From NCBI GenBank assembly GCA_964495145.1, contig CAZBUP010000001.1:1-55096 (forward strand): a stretch of 55,096 bases of DNA. Direction: 5' to 3'. The first letter of the stretch is position 1; each line of letters begins with the position of its first letter. Source of the DNA: an uncultured Staphylococcaceae bacterium (GTDB taxonomy: Bacteria; Bacillota_I; Bacilli_A; RFN20; CAG-826). This document shows, piece by piece, positions 42,666 through 52,282 of this stretch. A program made the translations under genes and the position numbers. The notes beneath the pieces are model-generated. The model had not been told where the DNA came from, did no database searches, and saw only the letters and a list, made by a program, of their open reading frames with translations.

Positions 42666-42675
42666 GAGGCAACCC

Positions 42676-42984
42676 ATGAAAATCAAAAAAGGTGACAAAG
42701 TCATCGTCATCGCCGGCGCCGACAAAGGCAAGACCGGCCTCGTCCAAAAAGTCTACGCGAAATTGAATCGCGTCGTCGTCGAGGGCGTCAACACCCACAA
42801 GAAACACCGCAAGCCCAAGCAAAACAATCCCGAGGGCAGCATCGTCGAGATCTATGCCCCGATCGACGCCAGCAACGTCGCCCTGGTCGATCCGAAGACG
42901 AAAAAGGCCACCCGCGTCGCCATCAAGGTCATCAAGGACAAAAAAGTCCGGGTCACCAAGGCCAGCGGCAGCCAATTGGATTAA
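42676..42984 (+). CDS. rplX: 50S ribosomal protein L24
   Basis: MKIKKGDKVIVIAGADKGK (KOW motif). Confidence 0.97.
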   Translation: MKIKKGDKVIVIAGADKGKTGLVQKVYAKLNRVVVEGVNTHKKHRKPKQNNPEGSIVEIYAPIDASNVALVDPKTKKATRVAIKVIKDKKVRVTKASGSQLD

Positions 42985-42993
42985 GGAGGACCT

Positions 42994-43626
42994 ATGGCAA
43001 CAGAAACTAAAAAACCGGCCGCCAACGCAAAAGGCGCCGCTAACAAGGAAACGGCGAAAGCCGCCAAAGTCGTGGTTGAAAAGATCGCGGCCCGCCTGCA
43101 TGACAAATATCGCCAAACCGTCGTTCCCGCTATGATGAAGAAATTCGAATACAAGTCGGTCATGCAAGTGCCGGCCCTTCATAAGATCGTCATCAACATC
43201 GGCGTCGGCGACGCCATCACCAATGCCAAGCTACTCGAAGACTCGGTCCGCGAACTGAGCGAAATCACCGGCCAGAAACCGGTCATCACCAAAGCAAAGA
43301 CTTCCATCGCCAACTTCAAATTGCGCGAAGGCCAAGCCATCGGCTGCAAGGTGACCTTGCGCGGCCAGCGGATGTACCACTTCTTCGATAAGCTGGTCTC
43401 GATCGCCTTGCCGCGCGTCCGCGACTTCCGCGGCGTCAACAAGAATGCCTTCGACGGCCGGGGTAACTTCACCCTTGGCGTTAAAGAACAGTTGATCTTC
43501 CCGGAAATCAACTTCGACAAGGTCAACAAAATCCGCGGCATGGACATCATCATCGTGACCACCGCGAACAGCGATGCCGAAGCGTTCGCCCTGCTGAGCG
43601 AACTCGGCATGCCATTCCAAAAATAG
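42994..43626 (+). CDS. rplE: 50S ribosomal protein L5 (with an N-terminal extension of about 30 aa)
   Basis: [20 protein letters not shown] core. It is 210 aa versus about 180 usually. Confidence 0.97.
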   Translation: MATETKKPAANAKGAANKETAKAAKVVVEKIAARLHDKYRQTVVPAMMKKFEYKSVMQVPALHKIVINIGVGDAITNAKLLEDSVRELSEITGQKPVITKAKTSIANFKLREGQAIGCKVTLRGQRMYHFFDKLVSIALPRVRDFRGVNKNAFDGRGNFTLGVKEQLIFPEINFDKVNKIRGMDIIIVTTANSDAEAFALLSELGMPFQK

Positions 43627-43636
43627 GAGGAGCACC

Positions 43637-43822
43637 ATGGCAAAGACATCAATCAAAGTCCGGTGCGCCCGGAAACAAAAATTCCCGGTGCGCGCTTATA
43701 CGCGCTGCGAACGCTGTGGCCGTCCCCACTCCGTCTATAGCAAATTCAAACTGTGCCGCATTTGTCTCCGCGAACTGGCCTACAAAGGCGAGATTCCCGG
43801 GATGAAGAAGGCCAGCTGGTAG
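43637..43822 (+). CDS. rpsN: 30S ribosomal protein S14, short zinc-ribbon (type Z) form
   Basis: 61 aa with CERCG...CRIC. Confidence 0.96.
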   Translation: MAKTSIKVRCARKQKFPVRAYTRCERCGRPHSVYSKFKLCRICLRELAYKGEIPGMKKASW

Positions 43823-43832
43823 GAGGTTACTT

Positions 43833-44228
43833 ATGGTCATGACTGATCCGATTGCCGATATGCTGACCCGTATCCGCAACGCCAATACGATGCGTAACGC
43901 CACTGTCGTTATGCCCGCCAACACTTTAAAAGTCCGCATCGCCAAAATCTTGAAAGACGAAGGTTTCATCGTGGATTTTTCCGTGTCCGGCGATACCAAA
44001 AAGCAACTTTCGATCGCGCTTAAATACGCCGAAGGCAACATCCGCGTCATCAACGGGCTCAAGCGCATCAGCAAACCCGGCCTTCGCGTCACCGCGAGCG
44101 CCGACAAGCTTCCCCGCGTCTTAAAGGGACTCGGCGTCGCCATCATCTCCACGTCGCAAGGTCTTATGACCGATCGCCAGGCGCGCACGCTCGGCGTCGG
44201 GGGCGAAGTCCTGGCGTACGTGTGGTAG
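43833..44228 (+). CDS. rpsH: 30S ribosomal protein S8
   Basis: [14 protein letters not shown]. Confidence 0.97.
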   Translation: MVMTDPIADMLTRIRNANTMRNATVVMPANTLKVRIAKILKDEGFIVDFSVSGDTKKQLSIALKYAEGNIRVINGLKRISKPGLRVTASADKLPRVLKGLGVAIISTSQGLMTDRQARTLGVGGEVLAYVW

Positions 44229-44237
44229 GAGGGGCTT

Positions 44238-44783
44238 ATGTCACGAATCGGAAATAAAGCCTTAGCCTTACCCCAAGGCGTCGCCATCCATGTCAACGGC
44301 CGCATGGTCGAAGTCAAAGGCCCGAAAGGCGCCTTATCGATCCCGCTACCGGAAGGCATCGACATCCAAGCCGAGGCCGCCCAAGCGACCTTGACGCGTC
44401 CCGACGACAGCAAATACTACAAGCAAAACCACGGGACGACCCGCGCATTGATCCACAACGCCATCGTCGGCGTTTCCCAAGGATACGAGAAGCGTTTGGA
44501 AATCGTCGGCATCGGCTATAAAGCCGCCATCGACCCCGACGGCAGTCTACGGCTGAACATCGGCTATTCCCATCAAGTGGTCATCACCCCGCGTCCCGGC
44601 GTCAAAATCACGACGCCCGATCCCACCCGCGTCTTCGTGACCGGCATCGACCGCCAAGCCGTCGGCGAAACGGCCGCCAACATCCGAGCAGTCCGCGAAC
44701 CCGAACCTTACCAAGGCAAGGGCATCAAATATGCCGGCGAACACATCATTCGCAAAGAAGGCAAACGGGCCGGTAAGAAGTAA
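44238..44783 (+). CDS. rplF: 50S ribosomal protein L6
   Basis: MSRIGNKALALPQGV and EPYQGKGIKY. Confidence 0.97.
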   Translation: MSRIGNKALALPQGVAIHVNGRMVEVKGPKGALSIPLPEGIDIQAEAAQATLTRPDDSKYYKQNHGTTRALIHNAIVGVSQGYEKRLEIVGIGYKAAIDPDGSLRLNIGYSHQVVITPRPGVKITTPDPTRVFVTGIDRQAVGETAANIRAVREPEPYQGKGIKYAGEHIIRKEGKRAGKK

Positions 44784-44796
44784 GAGAGGATAACAC

Positions 44797-45153
44797 ATGA
44801 TCAAAATCATCGATAAAAACACGATCCGGTTACGGCGTCACGTCCGCATCCGGGCCAAAATCAGCGGCACCAACGAGTGCCCGCGTCTCTCAGTCTACCG
44901 TTCCAACGCCAACATCGCCGCCCAATTGATCGACGACGTCAAAGGCGTCACCTTGGCCGCTTCCAGTTCCCAAGCCCTTAAGCTTGATAACGGCGGAAAC
45001 GCCGCCGCGGCCGCCAAAGTCGGTGCCGATCTAGCCGAAAAGGCGCTGGCCAAAGGCTATAGCGCCATTGTGTTCGACCGCAGCGGTTATCTGTACCACG
45101 GGCGCGTCAAAGCCCTAGCCGAAGCTGCCCGCGCAGCCGGCCTTAAGTTCTAG
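44797..45153 (+). CDS. rplR: 50S ribosomal protein L18
   Basis: [18 protein letters not shown] and [20 protein letters not shown]. Confidence 0.97.
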   Translation: MIKIIDKNTIRLRRHVRIRAKISGTNECPRLSVYRSNANIAAQLIDDVKGVTLAASSSQALKLDNGGNAAAAAKVGADLAEKALAKGYSAIVFDRSGYLYHGRVKALAEAARAAGLKF

Positions 45154-45164
45154 GAGGAGCCCCT

Positions 45165-45752
45165 ATGGTAGAAAACAATGAAGTAGTCGTCCCGCAAAAA
45201 ACCGAAACCCCGGCTGAAAACAAAGGCCCGCGCCGTTTTGATCGCGACCGGAGACCCCGCAACGATCGGCGTCCGCGTCGGGAAACGGCTCCCAAGGAAT
45301 ACGAAGAGCGGACCGTGGCCATCAACCGGGTTACCAAAGTCGTCAAGGGCGGCAAGCACATGCGGTTCACCGCGCTGACCGTCATCGGAAACGGCAAAGG
45401 CACTTATGGGTTCGGAACCGGCAAAGCCGGCGAAGTCCCCGATGCCATCAAGAAAGCCTTGGAAGAGGCCAAAAAAGCCACTTTCAAAGTCGATTTGGTC
45501 AAAGCCGACACCATCGCCCACGAAATCATCGGCCAATACGGCGCTTGCAGCGTCTTCCTGAAACCGGCCCCGGCCGGTACCGGCATCATCGCCGGCGGTC
45601 CCGTGCGGGCCGTCTTGGAATTGGCCGGACTCAAAAACGTCTATTCGAAAGTCTACGGCAGCCGCGCTCCGATCAACATCATCCGGGCGACCCATGCCGG
45701 GCTTCAAAGCTTGAAGACCTACGAGACATTCAAAGCCCTCCGCGGCAAATAG
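45165..45752 (+). CDS. rpsE: 30S ribosomal protein S5 (with an Arg/Pro-rich N-terminal extension of about 30 aa)
   Basis: [19 protein letters not shown] core. It is 195 aa. Confidence 0.97.
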   Translation: MVENNEVVVPQKTETPAENKGPRRFDRDRRPRNDRRPRRETAPKEYEERTVAINRVTKVVKGGKHMRFTALTVIGNGKGTYGFGTGKAGEVPDAIKKALEEAKKATFKVDLVKADTIAHEIIGQYGACSVFLKPAPAGTGIIAGGPVRAVLELAGLKNVYSKVYGSRAPINIIRATHAGLQSLKTYETFKALRGK

Positions 45753-45767
45753 AAGGAGGATACGTTT

Positions 45768-46208
45768 ATGGAATTACACAATCTGAAACCACAACCGGGA
45801 TCCCGCCAAGACGCGTTCCGCAAGGGCCGCGGCATTGGATCGGGCAACGGCAAAACGGCCGGAAAAGGCCATAAAGGGCAAAATGCCCGGACCGGCGGCG
45901 GCGTCCGTCCCGGATTCGAAGGCGGCCAAAACCCGATTTACCGGCGCTTGCCGAAACGCGGATTCCGCAACTTCAAGAGCACGGTCTATGACGTCGTCAA
46001 CGTCGAAGCGCTCGAACGCTTCGAAGACGGGACCGAAGTCAATCCGACCATGTTGGTCGAAGCCGGTTTGGTCCGCGCCGATTATGAACTTGTCAAAGTG
46101 CTCGGTAACGGCAAATTGACCAAAAAACTGACCGTCTACGCCCACAAATTCTCCAAGACCGCGGAAACGGCCATCGCCGACGCCGGCGGTCGTGTCGAGG
46201 TCATTTAA
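45768..46208 (+). CDS. rplO: 50S ribosomal protein L15
   Basis: LHNLKP..GS...[13 protein letters not shown]. It follows rpsE directly, with no rpmD between them. Confidence 0.97.
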   Translation: MELHNLKPQPGSRQDAFRKGRGIGSGNGKTAGKGHKGQNARTGGGVRPGFEGGQNPIYRRLPKRGFRNFKSTVYDVVNVEALERFEDGTEVNPTMLVEAGLVRADYELVKVLGNGKLTKKLTVYAHKFSKTAETAIADAGGRVEVI

Positions 46209-46210
46209 TC

Positions 46211-47560
46211 ATGAAAAAGATCGTTGATATCTTCAAGAACAAAGAAATCGTCAACCGCATATTCTTCACGGTCATCATTTTATTTGTCTTCCGCATCGGA
46301 GCGGCGATTACCGTCCCCGGTGTCACGGTCAAGGATCTCGATCTGAATGATAATAGCGCCCTCGCGCTCATGAACTTACTCGGCGGCGGAGCCTTGCAAA
46401 GCTTCTCGGTCTTCGCCCTCGGCGTCTCGCCCTACATCACGGCGAGCATTATTACGCAACTGTTGGCGACCGACGTCTTGCCGGCTTTGACCGAATTGAA
46501 CAAACAAGGCCAATACGGCCGCAAGAAAAAAGAGATGACCACCCGTTATCTCACCCTGCTTTTAGGGTCGGTCCAAGCTTACGGCATCGTTAAAACGATG
46601 GAGACGACCAGTTACATCTCGATTACCGACACCTCGTTCTGGAACTACGCCTACATCGTGACCATCCTCGTGGCCGGGGCCATGCTCGTCATGTGGCTCG
46701 GTGACCAAATCTCGGTCAAAGGGCTCGGAAACGGCATTTCGGTCATCATTTTCGCCGGTATCGTCCGCAGTTTGCCGCTGCAAATCCAAGGCGCCTATAA
46801 CAATTGGGTGGCCATGTCGGTCGGCCTCGATACCCCGGTCTTCCTCAAAGGCATCTTCCAATTCTCGGTTTACATACTCTCGTTCTTGCTGATTATCGCC
46901 TTCGTGACCTTCATCGAGCAAAGCAAACGCAAGATCCCGGTCCAACACGCCAGCAAAAGCGGGGCCGGGCAAAAATACAGCCAGGCCAGCTTCCTGCCGA
47001 TCAAAATCAATTCAGCGGGCGTGATTCCGGTCATCTTCGCCAGTTCGATCATGATGGCCCCAAGCGTCATCATCAGTTTCATCAGCGGCGCCGACACCAG
47101 CGCCGAATGGCTTAAAGTATTCTCAAGCAGCGAGCTGGTGACCATGCCCTGGTTCAACGACGCCACCTGGAAATTCCCTTGGGGTTTGATCATCTACTTA
47201 GTTTTGACCGTCCTGTTTACCTTCTTCTATTCCAACTTGCAGATCAACCCGCCCCAATTGGCCGAAAACTTTCAAAAGAACGGTTCTTATATCCCGGGCA
47301 TCCGTCCCGGCAATGAAACCGAACGCTATGTCAAGAAAGTCGTCAATCGGGTCACGGTCATCGGCGCGACCGCTCTGGCGTTCATCGCCGCTTTGCCAAT
47401 CGTCCTCGTTCTCCTGGAAATCGTCCCCGATCAATCGCTCGCTTTCGGCGGCACCGGCCTCATCATCGTCGTCGGCGTAGCCATCGAAATCAACAGCCAG
47501 ATCGATGGGCTTTTAGCCGGCAAGAGCTTTGACGAAGTGACGCAGGGAGGCGGTTCCTGA
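46211..47560 (+). CDS. secY: Preprotein translocase subunit SecY
   Basis: Ten-TM protein with LGVSPYITASII and GIRPG motifs. Confidence 0.97.
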   Translation: MKKIVDIFKNKEIVNRIFFTVIILFVFRIGAAITVPGVTVKDLDLNDNSALALMNLLGGGALQSFSVFALGVSPYITASIITQLLATDVLPALTELNKQGQYGRKKKEMTTRYLTLLLGSVQAYGIVKTMETTSYISITDTSFWNYAYIVTILVAGAMLVMWLGDQISVKGLGNGISVIIFAGIVRSLPLQIQGAYNNWVAMSVGLDTPVFLKGIFQFSVYILSFLLIIAFVTFIEQSKRKIPVQHASKSGAGQKYSQASFLPIKINSAGVIPVIFASSIMMAPSVIISFISGADTSAEWLKVFSSSELVTMPWFNDATWKFPWGLIIYLVLTVLFTFFYSNLQINPPQLAENFQKNGSYIPGIRPGNETERYVKKVVNRVTVIGATALAFIAALPIVLVLLEIVPDQSLAFGGTGLIIVVGVAIEINSQIDGLLAGKSFDEVTQGGGS

Positions 47561-48219
47561 TGCTGAACATCATCTTGATGGGACCACCGGGAGCCGGTAA
47601 GGGCACCCAAGCCAAAAAGATCATCGCCGCCTATGACATCCCCCACATTTCCACCGGGGACATGTTCCGGGAAGCGATCAAGGCCGGCACCCCCCTCGGC
47701 CGTCTTGCGGCCACCTACATCAATAAAGGGGACCTAGTTCCCGACGAGGTGACGATTGGTCTCGTCAAAGAACGCTTAGGGCAAAGGGATTGCCAACGGG
47801 GTTATCTCCTCGACGGCTTCCCGCGGACGCTTCCGCAAGCCCAAGCCCTCGACGGGCTGGCCAAGGAAATCGGCCGACCGGTCAATGCGGTCATCGATTT
47901 CACGGCCACGCGCCCGGAATTGATTCGGCGCATCACCGGACGGCGCGTCTGCTCGGTATGCGGGGCTCCCTACCACGTCGACACCATGAAGCCGAAAGTC
48001 GAAGGCGTCTGCGATGCCTGCGGCGGACCCTTGATGCAGCGCAAAGACGACAATCTCGAGGCGCTGACGGTCCGGCTCGACCACTACGAAGTGTCGACCA
48101 AGCCCTTGATTGCCTTTTACGAAAAGCAGGGGCTCTTGAAGCGGGTCGACGGGCTGATGGCCTCCGACCAACTCTTCGAGACGATGAAAAAGATCTTTGC
48201 CGAGGTGGAAGCGGCGTGA
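47560..48219 (+). CDS. adk: Adenylate kinase (Cys4 zinc lid)
   Basis: P-loop GPPGAGKGT and lid CSVCG...CDACG. Confidence 0.97.
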   Translation: MLNIILMGPPGAGKGTQAKKIIAAYDIPHISTGDMFREAIKAGTPLGRLAATYINKGDLVPDEVTIGLVKERLGQRDCQRGYLLDGFPRTLPQAQALDGLAKEIGRPVNAVIDFTATRPELIRRITGRRVCSVCGAPYHVDTMKPKVEGVCDACGGPLMQRKDDNLEALTVRLDHYEVSTKPLIAFYEKQGLLKRVDGLMASDQLFETMKKIFAEVEAA

Positions 48220-48962
48220 TCATCGTCAAATCGCCGCGGGAAATCGACCTGATGCGAAGCGCCGGGGCCATCGTGGCCGAAGTGCTGGACGCCGTCGGCG
48301 AACAATGCCGCGTCGGCGCGACCACCAAAGAATTGGACGAACTGGCCGAACGCATCATCCGCGAACGAGGAGCGACGCCTTCCTTCAAAGGCTATGGCGG
48401 CTTTCCAAGCGCCATCTGCGCCTCGGTCAACGACACCTTGATTCACGGCATCCCGTCGGGTTACCGGCTCAAGGAAGGCGATCTCGTCAAAATCGACGTC
48501 GGCGCCAACTACAAAGGCTATCACGGCGACGCCGCGAGGACCTTCATCGTCGGACTCGGCAGCGCCCTGGCCCGTCGGCTGGCCCAAGTCACCAAAGAGA
48601 GTTTCTTCGAAGCTCTCAAAATCGTGCGGCCCGGCGTCCATCTATCGGACATCGGCCATACGATCCAAGCCTATGTCGAAAGCCGCGGCTTCTCGTTGCC
48701 GCGCGACTACACCGGACACGGCGTCGGACGCGATCTTCATGAAGATCCCCCGATTCCCAACTTCGGTCCGGCCCATCAAGGGCCGCTATTACGCCCCGGA
48801 ATGACCCTGGCCATCGAGCCGATGGTCAACGCCGGACGCCACGAGACGAAAGTGCTCGCCGACGGCTGGACCGTCAAAACGATCGACGGCAAGTTGTGCG
48901 CACACTACGAAAATACGATCGTCGTCACCGAGTCGGGATATGAAATCCTGACCCTACGATGA
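48216..48962 (+). CDS. map: Methionine aminopeptidase type I
   Basis: VKSPREIDLMR N-terminus with metal ligands D, D, H, E, E in context. The GTG at 48216 overlaps the adk TGA. The 390-aa listed ORF is an upstream open-frame artefact. Confidence 0.93.
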   Translation: MIIVKSPREIDLMRSAGAIVAEVLDAVGEQCRVGATTKELDELAERIIRERGATPSFKGYGGFPSAICASVNDTLIHGIPSGYRLKEGDLVKIDVGANYKGYHGDAARTFIVGLGSALARRLAQVTKESFFEALKIVRPGVHLSDIGHTIQAYVESRGFSLPRDYTGHGVGRDLHEDPPIPNFGPAHQGPLLRPGMTLAIEPMVNAGRHETKVLADGWTVKTIDGKLCAHYENTIVVTESGYEILTLR

Positions 48963-48974
48963 AGGAGGAGTATT

Positions 48975-49193
48975 ATGGCAAAGACAGACGTAATTGAAAT
49001 GGAGGCGACCGTGGTCGAAACGCTCCCGAACACCATGTTCCGGGTCCGCCTTGAAAACGGTCACGTAATTCTGGCCCACGTTTCTGGTAAAATCCGCATG
49101 CACTACATCCGCATTTTACCAGGTGATCGAGTTACGGTTCAAATCTCCCCCTACGACTTAACACGGGGCCGCATCACATTCAGGTATAAGTAA
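48975..49193 (+). CDS. infA: Translation initiation factor IF-1
   Basis: 72 aa with [10 protein letters not shown]...GKIR...IRILPGD. Confidence 0.98.
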   Translation: MAKTDVIEMEATVVETLPNTMFRVRLENGHVILAHVSGKIRMHYIRILPGDRVTVQISPYDLTRGRITFRYK

Positions 49194-49215
49194 TACCGAA
49201 GGAGCAGAACAACAC

Positions 49216-49329
49216 ATGAAAGTAAGAACATCAGTCAAACCCATCTGCGACAAGTGCAAGGTTATCCGCCGCAAAGGCGTCGTCACCGTCATCTGTGACA
49301 ACCCGAAGCACAAGCAAAGACAAGGTTAA
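49216..49329 (+). CDS. rpmJ: 50S ribosomal protein L36 (not in the ORF track)
   Basis: [37 protein letters not shown], with SD GGAG upstream. Confidence 0.95.
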   Translation: MKVRTSVKPICDKCKVIRRKGVVTVICDNPKHKQRQG

Positions 49330-49347
49330 AAAAGGAGTACCACAACT

Positions 49348-49725
49348 ATGGCACGTATCGTCGGAGTCGACATCCCCAATGAAAAACGCGTCGTGATTGC
49401 CCTGACCTACATTTTTGGCATCGGGCTCTCGACCGCCGAGAAGATTTTAAAAGACGCTGAAGTCAGCGAAGACATCCGCGTTAAGAACCTCACGGATGAG
49501 CAATTATTGGCCATTCGCAACCAAGTCGCCAAATACAAACTCGAAGGCGATTTACGTCGTGAAGTCGCCCTCAACATCAAACGGCTCCAGGAAATCGGAT
49601 GCTATCGCGGCATCCGGCACCGCAAGGGCCTGCCCGTCCGCGGCCAACGGACCCGGACCAACGCCCGGACCCGCAAAGGCCCACGCAAAACCATCGCCAA
49701 CAAGAAGATGGCGACGCAAGGTTAA
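49348..49725 (+). CDS. rpsM: 30S ribosomal protein S13
   Basis: [11 protein letters not shown]-terminus. Confidence 0.98.
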   Translation: MARIVGVDIPNEKRVVIALTYIFGIGLSTAEKILKDAEVSEDIRVKNLTDEQLLAIRNQVAKYKLEGDLRREVALNIKRLQEIGCYRGIRHRKGLPVRGQRTRTNARTRKGPRKTIANKKMATQG

Positions 49726-49743
49726 TGAAAGGAGTCGCACCTC

Positions 49744-50136
49744 ATGGCTACCAAAACTACCACTACGCGTAAGAAGAAAATCAAACGCACGTTTACAAAA
49801 GGCACGGCCCACATCCACGCCACTTTCAACAACACGATCGTGACCATCACCGATGACGACGGCAATGCCATCGCCTGGAGCACCCCGGGAGCCCTCGGAT
49901 ACAAAGGCGCCCGCAAATCGACGCCTTTCGCCGCCGGCATGGCGGCCGAAGCCTGCGCCAAAGCCGCGATTGACCAAGGCATCAAAACCGTTGACGTCAA
50001 CGTCAAGGGGCCGGGACCCGGCCGCGAAGCCGCCGTCCGCAGTTTACAAGCCGCCGGTCTCACCATTAATATGATTACGGATACGACGCCCATCCCTCAC
50101 AATGGCTGCCGCCCGCCCAAGAAGCCTCGTGGTTAA
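49744..50136 (+). CDS. rpsK: 30S ribosomal protein S11
   Basis: [18 protein letters not shown] and [12 protein letters not shown]. Confidence 0.98.
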   Translation: MATKTTTTRKKKIKRTFTKGTAHIHATFNNTIVTITDDDGNAIAWSTPGALGYKGARKSTPFAAGMAAEACAKAAIDQGIKTVDVNVKGPGPGREAAVRSLQAAGLTINMITDTTPIPHNGCRPPKKPRG

Positions 50137-50157
50137 GGCGATAGGAGGAAACGAACT

Positions 50158-51123
50158 ATGAGTTTCATTGCCAAACAATTCGAAAAGCCGATTTTCACCA
50201 AGAAGCTCTTTGACAGCACCCACAACTATGGACGGTTCGTCCTCGAACCGCTGGAACGCGGCTTCGGCCTCACGCTCGGCAACGCCTTGCGCCGGGTGCT
50301 CTTGTCGAGCCTCCCGGGCGCGTCGGTCTTCGCCGTCGAAGTCGAAGGCGCGCGTCATGAATTCTCGGCCCTGGACGGGGTCGTCGAAGACGTGACGGCC
50401 ATCATTTTGAATCTGAAGGACTTGGTCTTGAAGATCGAAGAAGAAGGCGTCGACGCCAAAGTGCTCGAACTCGACGTCACCGGCCCGAAAGCGGTCACCG
50501 CGTCCGATTTCGTTTTGCCCTATGGGGTCACCGTCATCAATCCCAACCTTGTCTTGGCTAACGTCACCGAAGGCGGCAAACTCAAAATGCGCGTCTACGC
50601 CCGCAACGGCCGCGGCTACGTCACCAGCGAAGGCAACAAAGCCAATCGCTATACCGCCAAGCTGGGTACCATCGCCACCGACAGCAACTACTCGCCGGTC
50701 ACCAAAGTCAGCTACAACATCGATCCGACCCGGGTCGGTCACGATTCGCGTTACGACAAATTGACGCTTGAAATTTGGACCAACGGCAGTTTGAAACCCC
50801 AAGAAGCCCTCTCGTTGGCTTCTCGGATCCTGATGGCCCATTTCGAAGGTTTCATCGACCTCGAGCAAGCCACTTATGACGTCAATATCATGAAGGAACC
50901 GACCGAACAAAGCGAAGACAAGTATTCGAACATGACCATCGTCGACCTCGACCTCTCGGTCCGTTCGTACAACTGCCTGCGCCGCGCCGGCATCGAAACC
51001 GTCTATGAATTGACCCAAAAGACCGAAGAAGAAATGATGAAAGTCCGTAACCTCGGCAAGAAATCGTTGAAAGAAGTCAAAGAAAAGCTCAACGCGATCG
51101 GCCTTGGTTTCCGCGAAAATTAA
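50158..51123 (+). CDS. rpoA: DNA-directed RNA polymerase alpha subunit
   Basis: GRFVLEPLERGFG.TLGNALRR N-terminal domain and LSVRSYNCL C-terminal domain. Confidence 0.98.
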   Translation: MSFIAKQFEKPIFTKKLFDSTHNYGRFVLEPLERGFGLTLGNALRRVLLSSLPGASVFAVEVEGARHEFSALDGVVEDVTAIILNLKDLVLKIEEEGVDAKVLELDVTGPKAVTASDFVLPYGVTVINPNLVLANVTEGGKLKMRVYARNGRGYVTSEGNKANRYTAKLGTIATDSNYSPVTKVSYNIDPTRVGHDSRYDKLTLEIWTNGSLKPQEALSLASRILMAHFEGFIDLEQATYDVNIMKEPTEQSEDKYSNMTIVDLDLSVRSYNCLRRAGIETVYELTQKTEEEMMKVRNLGKKSLKEVKEKLNAIGLGFREN

Positions 51124-51135
51124 TAGGAGCTCACT

Positions 51136-51540
51136 ATGGCAACACAAGGACGTAACAACGTACACGGAAAGGGTGGGGTTCGCTTCAAGGCGCCCTATAC
51201 CTCCAGTAAGCATAAATCGCAACTTCGCAACCTCGTCTCGACCTTAATCGTCGAAGAGAAAGTCACCGTCACCGGCGGCATGGTCGCCGATTTGATCAAA
51301 TTGGCCGACCGTCTCGTCACCTACGCCAAAACCGGCGATCTCCATTCGCGCCGCTTGGCCGCGAGCGTCGTCCGCGATTACATCGCCGATGAGAAGAAAG
51401 GCCTTCTCGCCCTCGACAAACTGTTCGAGACGATCGGGCCCCGATACAAAGAACGGTCCGGCGGTTACACCAAGGCCCTGCGCCTGCAGAATCGCCGCGG
51501 CGACAACGCCCCCGTTTATCTCGTCGCCTTCGTTCAATAA
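51136..51540 (+). CDS. rplQ: 50S ribosomal protein L17
   Basis: GGYTKALRL and LRNLVSTLI core. It is the last gene of the alpha operon. Confidence 0.95.
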   Translation: MATQGRNNVHGKGGVRFKAPYTSSKHKSQLRNLVSTLIVEEKVTVTGGMVADLIKLADRLVTYAKTGDLHSRRLAASVVRDYIADEKKGLLALDKLFETIGPRYKERSGGYTKALRLQNRRGDNAPVYLVAFVQ

Positions 51541-51550
51541 TGCGAAAGAG

Positions 51551-51571
51551 CCCTGCTATGCAGGGTTTTTT
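51551..51571 (+). terminator. Intrinsic terminator of the alpha operon
   Basis: CCCTGC-TAT-GCAGGG followed by TTTTTT. Confidence 0.85.
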
Positions 51572-51625
51572 CTTCATTCGCTCATCATCCACAATTCGGA
51601 AAGGTTTTTATTGTATCATTAAAGC

Positions 51626-52282
51626 ATGATAAAAAACTTCGTATTCGATCTCGATGGGACGTTGCTCGATACCATCAAGGAGATCACCCGGGCTTTGAAC
51701 GACACCTTGTTTGATTTCCATCTTCCGACGATCACCGTCGCCGAAGGGAAATCCTTTTTGGGCCACGGCACCGAGTATTTATTGAGCCATGCCCTTAAAG
51801 GAGCGGTTTTGGACGCGGCTCCCTACCAACGATTCAAAGCCGCCTACATGGAACGGCAGATTGCTTATCAGCTCGAAGATACCAAGCCCTTCCACGGAGT
51901 ATCTTCTTTGCTGGAGGGTCTTCGTCAACGTAAGGCCCGGCTGTTCGTCTATTCGAACAAGCCCCATGATTTTGCCGTCAAATTGATCGACGCGATTTTC
52001 CCAGGCGTCTTCTTGGCCGTGGTCGGGCAGAAACCGGGCTGCGCCCCCAAACCGAACGTCGAGCCTTTTCTTCCTTATCTTGAAGCATTTTCCGTTGATC
52101 CCAAGGCATCGGTTTACATTGGCGATTCCCTCGTCGACGTCGAGACGGCCCGCGCTTTGAAAATGCGAGCGATTTCGGTCGCCTGGGGATACGTCCCGCG
52201 CGAGCGATTGGTTGAAGGGCGACCGGATTTTCTCATCGACGAACCGCGCCAGTTGCTCTCCCTCGCCTTTCAGGATGAGTGA
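51626..52282 (+). CDS. HAD-superfamily phosphatase (Gph/PpaX-like)
   Basis: Motif I FDLDGTLLDT, motif II VYSNK and motif IV GDSLVD. Confidence 0.85.
   Translation: MIKNFVFDLDGTLLDTIKEITRALNDTLFDFHLPTITVAEGKSFLGHGTEYLLSHALKGAVLDAAPYQRFKAAYMERQIAYQLEDTKPFHGVSSLLEGLRQRKARLFVYSNKPHDFAVKLIDAIFPGVFLAVVGQKPGCAPKPNVEPFLPYLEAFSVDPKASVYIGDSLVDVETARALKMRAISVAWGYVPRERLVEGRPDFLIDEPRQLLSLAFQDE

Noticed and set aside
47790-48215. An upstream extension of the map reading frame makes a 390-aa ORF that overlaps adk.
   Set aside because: The extension is Arg/Pro/Ala-rich off-frame sequence of adk. The GTG at 48216, which overlaps the adk TGA, yields a normal 248-aa methionine aminopeptidase.
50044-51222. A 392-codon ORF antisense to rpoA. 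Similar long antisense ORFs occur at 39270-40019 (opposite rplB), 43649-44413 (opposite rpsN-rpsH-rplF), 45150-45707 (opposite rpsE) and 40567-41073 (opposite rpsC).
   Set aside because: They are in exact codon register with the sense gene. Stops in that antisense frame arise only from sense codons TTA, CTA and TCA, which these highly expressed genes avoid. The predicted proteins are low-complexity (Gly/Asp/Val/Arg/Phe-rich) and have no start signals.
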